Shown piece by piece: positions 24,632 to 31,839 of a DNA stretch of 31,839 bases (position 1 is the first letter of the stretch; each line of letters opens with the position of its first letter). The stretch is from Thalassotalea sp. (GTDB lineage Bacteria; Pseudomonadota; Gammaproteobacteria; Enterobacterales; Alteromonadaceae). Where the stretch lies: the NCBI GenBank assembly GCA_050300315.1, contig JBNKXM010000001.1, positions 1 to 31,839 of the forward strand. The letters run 5' to 3'. The position numbers were made by a program, and so were the translations under genes. Under the pieces are notes generated by a model. That model was given only the letters and a program-made list of their open reading frames with translations. It made no database searches and was not told the DNA's origin.

Positions 24632-26765
24632 CAATAATAGGGTGGCGCTTGATAATCTCGTCAAGCGATAATGGGTTGCCGTTAATGTCACTAAACTGCT
24701 TTAACGTCAATCCACCCTCTTTAAATAGTTTAAACCTCTTAGCGCCTAGCGTATCTTTAATATAATAATCTGGCTGTTCGCGTAGCCACTTATCAAGAGG
24801 TGTATTCGCGGCTATCTGCTCAGGCGTGAAGATGTTCTTGTCTTTTTTGCCGCGGTATCTTACTTGGCTTTTAGTTCGCAACCTTGATTTTCTTTCGTTG
24901 AATGCTTCCTCGCCACTTTCTTTAGCGCCTAAAGCCGCGCGTGTGCCAACTGGATCTAATCCTTTTGGCACGGCTATACGTCTTGTGCGGCAATTGTGAA
25001 CAACAATATTATCAATTAGATAAGTGTTATCATCTTCAACCTCTAAGTTGTAAACGTCCTTGTTATATTCTACAATTGAAATGTCACTTACAATTGAGGT
25101 ATTCCAATTATGTTTAAAGGTAGCGATCTTACCAACAAAGATTTCTTTCACTCTTTTCTTAAAGAACACAACCACATTAGAAGAAAAACACTTCGCGCTA
25201 TCGAGCGCGAATTTAATCTTGCTAACGGAACTATGAGTAGATGGTGCCGAGTGCATGACATTAAACCTCTTAGTAAGTCCGAGGCTGCTAGAGAGGCTGC
25301 AAAAATTAAGGTGTCTAATGGTTTGTGTGTTGGCTCTAACCATTGGGCTTATGGTATGACCAAGAAAACCTCCGAAATTCATGCTAGGCATTCTGAAAGG
25401 ATGGCTAGCAACAACCCTGTCCATAACCCCAAGACTAAAGCAAAGATCTTGGCAACTATGAGAGATATTTACAGGGAAACAAAAGTTTTTGGCGAAGAAT
25501 CTTTCAAGGAGTTCTTTGGCGATTCCTTTTTTATCCATCAATATATTATTGGAGATTCCATTAGGGATTTTGTCAATGTCGAGAACAAGATCGTTGTCGA
25601 GATCGATGGAAGAGGCCACGCTTCCAGATTCGAAAGCGACCTTAGTAAAGACCTCTTCGCTATCGAACAAGGATGGGTAATCATACGGGTTAGCTTCGAC
25701 AACAGGCGACCTATTAGTGATTGGACTTTTCTCTCCGTAGTACTCAAAAAGATGATCCCCAACTTTGATTTCATCGGCTCTGACCCATCCAGCCCCATCA
25801 AGAAGTACAGGATGCTCATCCGTAACTCTGATTTCCCTACCGGATTTAAAACGAATAACCCTTATGACGCTAGAATCGTTAGACTTTCTCATAACAGTTA
25901 ATACTTTTTTAAATCTACCTTTATGAGTTAAAACCTCATCACCAACGGCAACTTCCTCTATCGGTTTGTTGCCGTTTTTAGTTAAAACCCTTTCACCTTC
26001 CGCGACAGCATTGAAATGCAACGGAGGGCGTGGTGCTTTTAGATCGTTAACTGAAAACCTACGCGACTTTTCATTCATTGTGCTGATTGACTGACAAATA
26101 TTTGACGTTCTTGAATCAAATACTATGACATAGAAATACTCATCAAGAACATCTTTATTATCGTTTATCATAGCTTCGTTAGCTGCTGCTGCATAATGCT
26201 GATAACCAGTACGAGCTAATGCCTCTGCTTCACGTTTTAGCACACCATCAAACGTTGTGCGAATATCGCGTGACATTTCGTTAATAGTTGCGCCGCGAGA
26301 ATACCCGGTCTTAACAATGCCGTTAATCGCACGTTTACGGCTATCTAAATTAGCATGATAAAACTCTGACCATGTACCAGCATTAACGCGCTTACCACTT
26401 TCTAGTGACATTAACGCGTTGTTAACGTATGAAGCTATTTTCTTTTCTGCTGGCGTTGATAGCTTGCTAGCAATAGCGGCACCGATAAATTGAGCTTGCC
26501 ATTGTGCTTCGTAGGTTGCGAGGGGCAACAAAGACTCATTAGTCATTGTTAACCAACCACCGTTATCCTCGATAGCTTTATTGATCGCAACTAATACTCT
26601 ATTGAGTTGAGCTTTGGTTGTGATTGATTCTTCAGCCTGGAGTAATTGACGAATAGCTTTGTAGGTGTCAACTAATGACGGATAAACATACGAGTTTATG
26701 CCGCCACTAGCTAAGCGATTGATATATAATTCGTGTTGCAGGAATTCATCGAGGTTTAGAGCCAT
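24609..26765 (-). CDS. Head morphogenesis / minor capsid protein (Mu gpF / SPP1 gp7 family), intein-containing precursor; predicted spliced product 379 aa
   Basis: AEALARTGY, VFDSRTSNIC and the split PPLHFN|CRTRRI motif. Confidence 0.9.
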   Translation of the reverse strand: MALNLDEFLQHELYINRLASGGINSYVYPSLVDTYKAIRQLLQAEESITTKAQLNRVLVAINKAIEDNGGWLTMTNESLLPLATYEAQWQAQFIGAAIASKLSTPAEKKIASYVNNALMSLESGKRVNAGTWSEFYHANLDSRKRAINGIVKTGYSRGATINEMSRDIRTTFDGVLKREAEALARTGYQHYAAAANEAMINDNKDVLDEYFYVIVFDSRTSNICQSISTMNEKSRRFSVNDLKAPRPPLHFNAVAEGERVLTKNGNKPIEEVAVGDEVLTHKGRFKKVLTVMRKSNDSSVIRVIRFKSGREIRVTDEHPVLLDGAGWVRADEIKVGDHLFEYYGEKSPITNRSPVVEANPYDYPSLFDSEEVFTKVAFESGSVASSIDLDNDLVLDIDKIPNGISNNILMDKKGIAKELLERFFAKNFCFPVNISHSCQDLCFSLGVMDRVVASHPFRMPSMNFGGFLGHTISPMVRANTQTIRHLNFCSLSSSLGLTKRFNVMHSAPSTHSSVSKIKFALDSAKCFSSNVVVFFKKRVKEIFVGKIATFKHNWNTSIVSDISIVEYNKDVYNLEVEDDNTYLIDNIVVHNCRTRRIAVPKGLDPVGTRAALGAKESGEEAFNERKSRLRTKSQVRYRGKKDKNIFTPEQIAANTPLDKWLREQPDYYIKDTLGAKRFKLFKEGGLTLKQFSDINGNPLSLDEIIKRHPIIARRVGVE
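25048..25100 (+). promoter_or_regulatory. Antisense sigma70-like promoter and Shine-Dalgarno site inside the intein coding sequence
   Basis: TTGTAA (25048-25053), N17, TACAAT (25071-25076); GAGGT (25096-25100) 9 nt before ATG 25110. Confidence 0.65.
25110..25901 (+). CDS. Putative homing endonuclease (HTH plus NUMOD3-like repeats plus DUF559/Vsr-like EDxHD nuclease) encoded antisense within the intein
   Basis: LRAIEREFNLANGTMSRW; GSNHWAYG and SNNPVHNPKTKAKI; QYIIG...DF....KIVVEIDGRGH......D..KD....EQGWVIIRV; has its own promoter and RBS. Confidence 0.85.
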   Translation: MFKGSDLTNKDFFHSFLKEHNHIRRKTLRAIEREFNLANGTMSRWCRVHDIKPLSKSEAAREAAKIKVSNGLCVGSNHWAYGMTKKTSEIHARHSERMASNNPVHNPKTKAKILATMRDIYRETKVFGEESFKEFFGDSFFIHQYIIGDSIRDFVNVENKIVVEIDGRGHASRFESDLSKDLFAIEQGWVIIRVSFDNRRPISDWTFLSVVLKKMIPNFDFIGSDPSSPIKKYRMLIRNSDFPTGFKTNNPYDARIVRLSHNS

Positions 26766-26792
26766 TTATGCGCCACTGCCACCTTCACTCAT
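26766..26792 (-). CDS. Possible 8-codon coupling peptide MSEGGSGA
   Basis: AAGGAG RBS; ATGA overlap with the upstream gene; TAA directly abuts the gpF ATG. Confidence 0.3.
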   Translation of the reverse strand: MSEGGSGA

Positions 26793-26956
26793 AATTCTAT
26801 CTCCTTCAAATAAGCCTTTGCAATAATGCGAGATAGCTCTTTATCTTCTTTCTGCCCGTTAGCTATTTGCCTGATGGATAAAACAGGTACGACATGTACC
26901 TGTTTATCTTCAGTTATAACCACGAGAGGCTGTTGTTCGCTTAGGTTAACAGTCAT
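26789..26956 (-). CDS. Hypothetical protein, 55 aa (not in the ORF track)
   Basis: TAGATG junction with the upstream gene; MTVNLSEQQPLVVITEDKQVHVVPVLSIRQIANG... Confidence 0.55.
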   Translation of the reverse strand: MTVNLSEQQPLVVITEDKQVHVVPVLSIRQIANGQKEDKELSRIIAKAYLKEIEL

Positions 26957-27241
26957 CTAAAAACAACTGTCAACCACTACTAAAATAACAGTTTTACAAT
27001 CACTTCTACCGCCGCTAGTCGTCCACTCGTACTCAATTTGTGACCCACCAGACGCTAATGCGGTCAAAGACACGCCAATAACATTATCTGTAACGCCAGA
27101 GCTGTTTTTCTGAACAGTAACACCATCGACGATAACATTGTGAGTAGATATTGTCTCAGCGCCTAACCAAGCACTATCAACCGTGTAAGTGTAAGTATCG
27201 GTATTGCCAACAGATAAGCGCTTTTCGAATATCTCAGCCAT
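26957..27241 (-). CDS. Small Ig-like structural protein (fibre adaptor-like)
   Basis: 94 aa, beta-rich; YTVDSAWLGAETIS...TTSGGRSD pattern seen next to phage fibre genes. Confidence 0.5.
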   Translation of the reverse strand: MAEIFEKRLSVGNTDTYTYTVDSAWLGAETISTHNVIVDGVTVQKNSSGVTDNVIGVSLTALASGGSQIEYEWTTSGGRSDCKTVILVVVDSCF

Positions 27242-27249
27242 TTCAAAGC

Positions 27250-27699
27250 CTATGCGTTAGTTGTTACTGTTACAGCGCCGCTAGCGTTAACTGTCAACGT
27301 GAAGCCTTGAGTTAAATCAACAGGTGTTGTGCCGTCAGTTGTTAAATCTGTAACGCGCAAAGCATCATCAGCGACGCTAGTATCGTTAACTATCACCAAG
27401 CAACAAGCATCTGTAGGATTACCAGCGTTTGCGGCAAATGTTACGTCATCAAAATCTAACGTACTTACTGCTCCTGTACGAGACCATGTAACACCTGTTA
27501 ATGCGGTTTTTCCTGCATAGTTACCACCAACTGTCGCGCCTGTAAAGCTTGCAAGGTTTGGTGTTGCTGCATTTGCGTCGATAGATACGTATGTGTTTGT
27601 TACTAAAACCCAGCTGAACGTGTCCGTACTATTGTTGTACGCGCCGTTTCCAGATTTCAAGTCGTATTCTGCGAACTTCTTCGCGTCACCTTGAGCCAT
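27250..27699 (-). CDS. Fibre-associated structural protein
   Basis: 149 aa, Thr/Gly/Ala-rich; DTFSWVLVT...NY.GKTALTGVTW...TLDFDDVTF pattern. Confidence 0.55.
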   Translation of the reverse strand: MAQGDAKKFAEYDLKSGNGAYNNSTDTFSWVLVTNTYVSIDANAATPNLASFTGATVGGNYAGKTALTGVTWSRTGAVSTLDFDDVTFAANAGNPTDACCLVIVNDTSVADDALRVTDLTTDGTTPVDLTQGFTLTVNASGAVTVTTNA

Positions 27700-27737
27700 G
27701 TTATTAACCTCAATTTATTTAATGTTTATAGTTTATA

Positions 27738-28307
27738 TTAACCATTTATGTTTGTCGATAAAGCTGGCGCTGTGATGTTTGTTGATAATGCGATTGCTGT
27801 GATGTTTGTTTCGCTCACAACAGTAAAATCAAACGCGCCTATCTGAATAAAATCATTATTAACTACCGATAAACTATTGATAGTTGAATCATTGACGATC
27901 AACTCACCAAATAAAATAATGCTGTCGATATTTACTATCGAGCTTGTGTTAGATGTTTGCTCGCTTATGTTAAAAGCGCCAACTGTCAATATACTGTCGT
28001 TATTAGCAGAAGAGCTTGAATTTGTGGCTGAATCGCTAATATTAACTGTCGAAGCAAAACTAATTGTATCGTTATTGCATATTGATTGGCTGTTAGTTGA
28101 GCTATCATCAATTAAAAAAGCACCACCTGATATAACATCAGCATTTACATTGCTATTTGAATTTGTTGTCGAATCGTTTATTAATACGGTCGATGACAAC
28201 GAAATATTATCGTTGTTAACTATCGATGATGAATTATTAGCGCCGTCATTAATTGATACTGATCCGCTTACCCATATATTAGGAGACTGCCATACATTTA
28301 CGCTCAC
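27738..28307 (-). CDS. Repeat protein (about six tandem 24-aa units), probable fibre or beta-solenoid
   Basis: Consensus xxxxxI(N/S)DSxxNSxSxxNNDxIxx. Confidence 0.65.
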   Translation of the reverse strand: MSVNVWQSPNIWVSGSVSINDGANNSSSIVNNDNISLSSTVLINDSTTNSNSNVNADVISGGAFLIDDSSTNSQSICNNDTISFASTVNISDSATNSSSSANNDSILTVGAFNISEQTSNTSSIVNIDSIILFGELIVNDSTINSLSVVNNDFIQIGAFDFTVVSETNITAIALSTNITAPALSTNING

Positions 28308-30286
28308 ACTGTCACACCTTCAATATAAGCACCATTAGAACTTGGGTCTAACCCATCATCAACATAACCTTTTATTCGTGATCCTGACACTATCGGTAGC
28401 GATTGACTGCCTGTTTCGCTAGTGTATGTTATGCTACCCCTAAACAATCTATTACCATTTTCATCATCTAATACTGTCGTAAATGAACCATCTGTCATTC
28501 CAGTTATAGACAAATTCAATATTGAACTAAAGAATGCAGCATCAATGCCATTAAACAACGCAGACGCGACATTCGCTGTATCTACATCTGCTTCGTAATG
28601 AACTCCAGTGAATACCGCGGACATATCAACGTATTCTAATGCGTTAGAGTTTGTTGATACTATATCCTGCATCCACTGGTTTACATTCGTACCGTTGGCT
28701 TGTGCTATCCCGCATATTACGCTGCCCTTTCCTGTTAACGTAGCTAACTGGTCTATGACTGCATTATATTGTGTTTTAAATGTAGCTTCTATGGTTCCTG
28801 TATCTGCGTCTGTTTCCCCTATCCAAGAGCAAACACCCTCAACGTCATTACCTCCAGAGTTAGTTAAATAATCTAACATACGATTATTGAATGTCCCTCC
28901 AGTCTGCCACTGCGAAAGAGCTGTACTTCCCTGTGCTACACCAATAAAACCCACAGGTATGGATTTATCTGCCACTAATAAATTAGCTAGGATTGGAAAT
29001 AATGAACCTGATGAGGTTGCCGTATCAAACGGATCTCCGCCTATTTGCCATGCGTCATTTGTAACAGTGTATTTATGAAAAAATCCTGCTGCCCCAGTAT
29101 AAGTTTGTGCGTTTGTCGCTCTACCAGAAAAGTTGCTTTGCCCCCAAAATAAAAACTTAGCACCTATAGCTATATTTGGCTGAGTAGACGTTACGCTAAC
29201 ATCATTGACAAATCTAACTACCAAATCACCATTGCCGACATCTTGCGCTGCTAATGTTCCACTATATGTTCCGCCTGAGGGGGCAGCATCAATTGTGGCA
29301 AACGCGCCGCCGTTAAAACTAGCTTCTATCGCTGTTGGTACTACCGCTCCGCTGTATGTACCATTAATAATAATATCTGCTTTGTTTGTTGCTACAGTTC
29401 TGCCAATAAAGGTAAATTCAGCAGGATTTATAATTGCGATAACATTAGCCACTGTTAGCTGCAACCCTATGTTAGTCCCACCAGTGCCTGTACCATCTAA
29501 TAACCCGCCAGTTTTAGAAGTCCATATATCATTAACAGTATCGGTAAAATCAGCGGTAGTAACACCCGTTACCGCTCCAGAACCATGAGCTGTGGCATCA
29601 CCAGACGCACAACTTAATAATGTTGCGCTTGTACCCTCGTAGTCCTTAACACCATTACCATAACAAACTGTAGAATCGTGAGTATTATTTGCTTTTTCGG
29701 TTATACCGCCGTGAAAAGTTGAATTTGTAGTATTGCAACCCTCAATAACACAATGTTTTGTCGTAAATCCGTCACCATTAGACCACAAACCTGATTTAGT
29801 GGAACCTGTAATATGACAGTTCTCGAAATGGTATAAAGCTGTGTTACTAGATCGACCCCTGATTGCAGACTCACCACCAACAATTTTACATTCGTAAAAT
29901 TCAGCGTCTTGGTCTGCGAATATATCAACACCTATTGGATTGTCTGGATTGTCTGGATTAGAAGGCGAAACTGAGGTGGATTCTATCTCGAACCCTCTCG
30001 TGATGAATTTACTAGTAGTCCTGTTGTATAGAGCAAAACCGCTAGATGCGGTTATTTTTATGTGTGCTGCTGCTGGATTATCGAAATTGTATGCTACTCC
30101 ACTAGCTGCTCTTAGCTCTGCACCTCCACTGTTTGCTTTAGCAGCTAAAGTTGCTACAGATATAGTGCCTGAGTCTACATACTCACCAATGTAGCGATTA
30201 CCGTCATCTAATACGGCGTTAGCCCACCATAATTCAATGGTTTCGTAATCCTGTCCGACACCAATTGTGTTAATAATATCTGCCAT
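28304..30286 (-). CDS. Virion-associated enzyme: right-handed beta-helix-like domain plus sialate O-acetylesterase (SASA/SGNH) domain
   Basis: Parallel beta-helix-type repeats (FYECKI, HFENCHI, TTKHCVI) followed by FWGQSNFSG, WIGETD and GVHY. Confidence 0.72.
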   Translation of the reverse strand: MADIINTIGVGQDYETIELWWANAVLDDGNRYIGEYVDSGTISVATLAAKANSGGAELRAASGVAYNFDNPAAAHIKITASSGFALYNRTTSKFITRGFEIESTSVSPSNPDNPDNPIGVDIFADQDAEFYECKIVGGESAIRGRSSNTALYHFENCHITGSTKSGLWSNGDGFTTKHCVIEGCNTTNSTFHGGITEKANNTHDSTVCYGNGVKDYEGTSATLLSCASGDATAHGSGAVTGVTTADFTDTVNDIWTSKTGGLLDGTGTGGTNIGLQLTVANVIAIINPAEFTFIGRTVATNKADIIINGTYSGAVVPTAIEASFNGGAFATIDAAPSGGTYSGTLAAQDVGNGDLVVRFVNDVSVTSTQPNIAIGAKFLFWGQSNFSGRATNAQTYTGAAGFFHKYTVTNDAWQIGGDPFDTATSSGSLFPILANLLVADKSIPVGFIGVAQGSTALSQWQTGGTFNNRMLDYLTNSGGNDVEGVCSWIGETDADTGTIEATFKTQYNAVIDQLATLTGKGSVICGIAQANGTNVNQWMQDIVSTNSNALEYVDMSAVFTGVHYEADVDTANVASALFNGIDAAFFSSILNLSITGMTDGSFTTVLDDENGNRLFRGSITYTSETGSQSLPIVSGSRIKGYVDDGLDPSSNGAYIEGVTV

Positions 30287-30326
30287 TACTTTTTAAATCC
30301 TGATAGTTAATTACTGATAGAATACC

Positions 30327-30355
30327 AAAAAAAAGCCAACTTAAAAAGCTGGCTA
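30327..30355 (-). terminator. Intrinsic terminator after the terminase unit
   Basis: AGCCA...TGGCT hairpin followed by T8 on the minus strand. Confidence 0.6.
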
Positions 30356-30356
30356 A

Positions 30357-30590
30357 TTATTTTCGCTCATAATATATCTTATCAAAGCCAAGTGATTTAG
30401 CAAACCGCTGCAATTCTCTAAATTCTGATATTTTTAAATGCTTTCCACTTAACAGTTCAAAGTAAAACTTCCCTGCTGATATCCTTGCGACAACCGAAGC
30501 AGTGAATGGCTCGCCATGTTTATTTAGTCTCCTGAAGTACAACTCTTTAACCTCTACCGACCAATGCTCGAGTTGGGTTATATGTTTCAT
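30357..30590 (-). CDS. Hypothetical protein
   Basis: 77-aa ORF starting 1 nt after the terminase stop. Confidence 0.6.
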   Translation of the reverse strand: MKHITQLEHWSVEVKELYFRRLNKHGEPFTASVVARISAGKFYFELLSGKHLKISEFRELQRFAKSLGFDKIYYERK

Positions 30591-30591
30591 G

Positions 30592-31839
30592 TTAGTTGTA
30601 ATTAACGTGGGTTGATGGTGATGTATCTTTAGCTGTTAGTCTGTAACGTAAAGCATCATAATCGTGATCTTCTTGATCGGTATCAATATCATCAGGTTTT
30701 TTAGTGTCTCTTGATAATATAGGAAAGCGCGAAATAATACCGCGAACATTCTCGAAGAAATAAAGCGCTGGACGCTCTGGCAAACCACTTTCATTGTCTT
30801 TAGCCTCAAGAGCCGCTTCCAGCATTTCACATATGAGTGATGCACCAATAAGCCTTGAACCTGGTCTTTTATCAGATAGTGTCCATGTTACTCCTTGGTC
30901 AGCCATTTTATCGGCGATACTTATCTGATCGTCATCAGGGTTATTTATTGCATTATCTGCCGGGCCTGCAAAAACTCTTTTTGAAACTATACCCGGTAAT
31001 ATATTGCATTGACCTTTAAATTTAAAGGGTTCGTCAACTTCCTCACCAAGGAATCGCCTATCAACCCACTTAACCATTTTTGCAACGTTGGTTGAAGACA
31101 TGTTAAGTCCTTTGTTTAGCTCATCAGGTGAGCAACCGTAAAGCTCGCCAATAACAAACACAGTGCCTCTTGGTGGGCAGAATCCGTACTCGTTTTCTGT
31201 TCCGTCTGCCTCTGCAAACCATAAATTACTAAAAGGCTTTGATTCACCCCAATCGTGCGAGCGATCGACGCGCCATGTTTTAGGTATTTTAAATGGCTTG
31301 ACTATGTGAACTTTACTATCCCATAGGTGATCGAACCTTCCGCCGCTAGTAACATCCCACGAACCATCAACCCACGCGGCGCGTTTATTCGGGTCTTTGA
31401 TCGCCATTAGGTTAGCGATGTATTTTTTATCTAAGTATTTATTCTCACGCCAAGAGCCATGTATAGCAACGCGCGTTAGCGTTACATCTTCCTCGACATC
31501 GGTCGCAGGGTTTATAACCTTTGTTACTGTTCTGTATATTTTGCCGCGACCGATAACATCAATAAATCTGCGCTTAACCCAGTTGTGCCCAACTCCAAAA
31601 GGGTTAGTGGTTGAAAAGCACTCTAGTGGTATTGGTGGAAGCAATGACCCATCAGGTAAAGGGTAATCTTCAGGTCTAAACGATGAACGCATACATGAGA
31701 ACATCGACTCATAGAATTCCGCATCAGGACGCTTAGTTAATTCGTTGTGCCCCACGAACGGGAATTCTTGACCGTGATAATTCCAATAACCATCAGCCTT
31801 TTGCTCGTAACGAAAAAGCAACTCTTCACCTGTCGGCCA
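30592..31839 (-). CDS. Terminase large subunit, 5' end beyond the window
   Basis: Frame is open to the edge (WPTGEELLFRY); STTNPFGVGHNWVKRRF, RSHDWGESKPFS and DQEDHDYDALRY motifs. Confidence 0.92.
   Translation of the reverse strand, partial: WPTGEELLFRYEQKADGYWNYHGQEFPFVGHNELTKRPDAEFYESMFSCMRSSFRPEDYPLPDGSLLPPIPLECFSTTNPFGVGHNWVKRRFIDVIGRGKIYRTVTKVINPATDVEEDVTLTRVAIHGSWRENKYLDKKYIANLMAIKDPNKRAAWVDGSWDVTSGGRFDHLWDSKVHIVKPFKIPKTWRVDRSHDWGESKPFSNLWFAEADGTENEYGFCPPRGTVFVIGELYGCSPDELNKGLNMSSTNVAKMVKWVDRRFLGEEVDEPFKFKGQCNILPGIVSKRVFAGPADNAINNPDDDQISIADKMADQGVTWTLSDKRPGSRLIGASLICEMLEAALEAKDNESGLPERPALYFFENVRGIISRFPILSRDTKKPDDIDTDQEDHDYDALRYRLTAKDTSPSTHVNYN

Larger units (their letters stand above)
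24993..26009 (-). mobile_element. Intein, 339 aa (residues 253-591), Ala1, C-terminal His-Asn followed by Cys+1
   Basis: Block A AVAEGERVLTKNGNKPIEEVAVGDEV; block B TDEHPV; block F VYNLEVEDDNTY; block G VVHN|C; removal restores PPLHFNCR. Confidence 0.93.

Noticed and set aside
25489-25819. Further overlapping ORFs in the intein (25489-25680 plus strand; 25538-25819 minus strand)
   Set aside because: Short, no motifs or RBS; expected by-products of a stop-poor dual-coding region
26881-26905. Perfect 10-bp inverted repeat AAACAGGTAC-GACAT-GTACCTGTTT
   Set aside because: Single occurrence inside a small CDS; no clear U-tract terminator context or second copy, so no function can be supported
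27877-28338. 153-aa plus-strand ORF, plus 28608-28871, 28887-29078, 29205-29588 and 29940-30194
   Set aside because: Antisense shadows of the repeat and spike genes
28747-28763. AACTGGTC half-site inside the spike gene (also CTGGTCGG near 9589)
   Set aside because: No matching right half and no -10 at the conserved spacing; not counted as operators
1-31839. CRISPR array, tRNA/rRNA genes, integrase/att site, diversity-generating retroelement
   Set aside because: No repeat-spacer pattern, tRNA-like fold, recombinase or reverse transcriptase seen; lifestyle cannot be determined from this window

Overview
A 31.8 kb piece of an AT-rich tailed (siphovirus-like) phage genome. The host is probably a gammaproteobacterium, inferred from the FadR-type operators. 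The virion genes run on the minus strand, right to left: terminase large subunit (partial), a fibre/enzyme module, a Mu gpF/SPP1 gp7-like head morphogenesis gene, portal, scaffold, major capsid, holin-like gene, head-tail adaptors, tail terminator, major tail protein, G/GT tail chaperones with a -1 frameshift signal, tape measure protein, a tail-tip protein and a tail fibre. Seven plus-strand cassettes of small accessory genes interrupt this region. Two systems stand out. (1) The head morphogenesis gene carries a 339-aa Ala1 intein whose interior is open on both strands. The antisense strand encodes an HTH/NUMOD3-like plus DUF559/Vsr-like endonuclease with its own sigma70-like promoter and Shine-Dalgarno site written into the intein's C-terminal splicing motifs. 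This looks like an intein with an antisense-encoded homing endonuclease. (2) All seven divergent junctions carry a 17-bp FadR-type operator, each exactly 17 nt upstream of a plus-strand -10 hexamer. Most also overlap the opposing structural-gene promoter. One cassette encodes a 71-aa protein resembling the FadR DNA-binding domain alone. This suggests a FadR-based switch between accessory and virion genes. All family assignments come from motifs recognised by eye, not from database searches.
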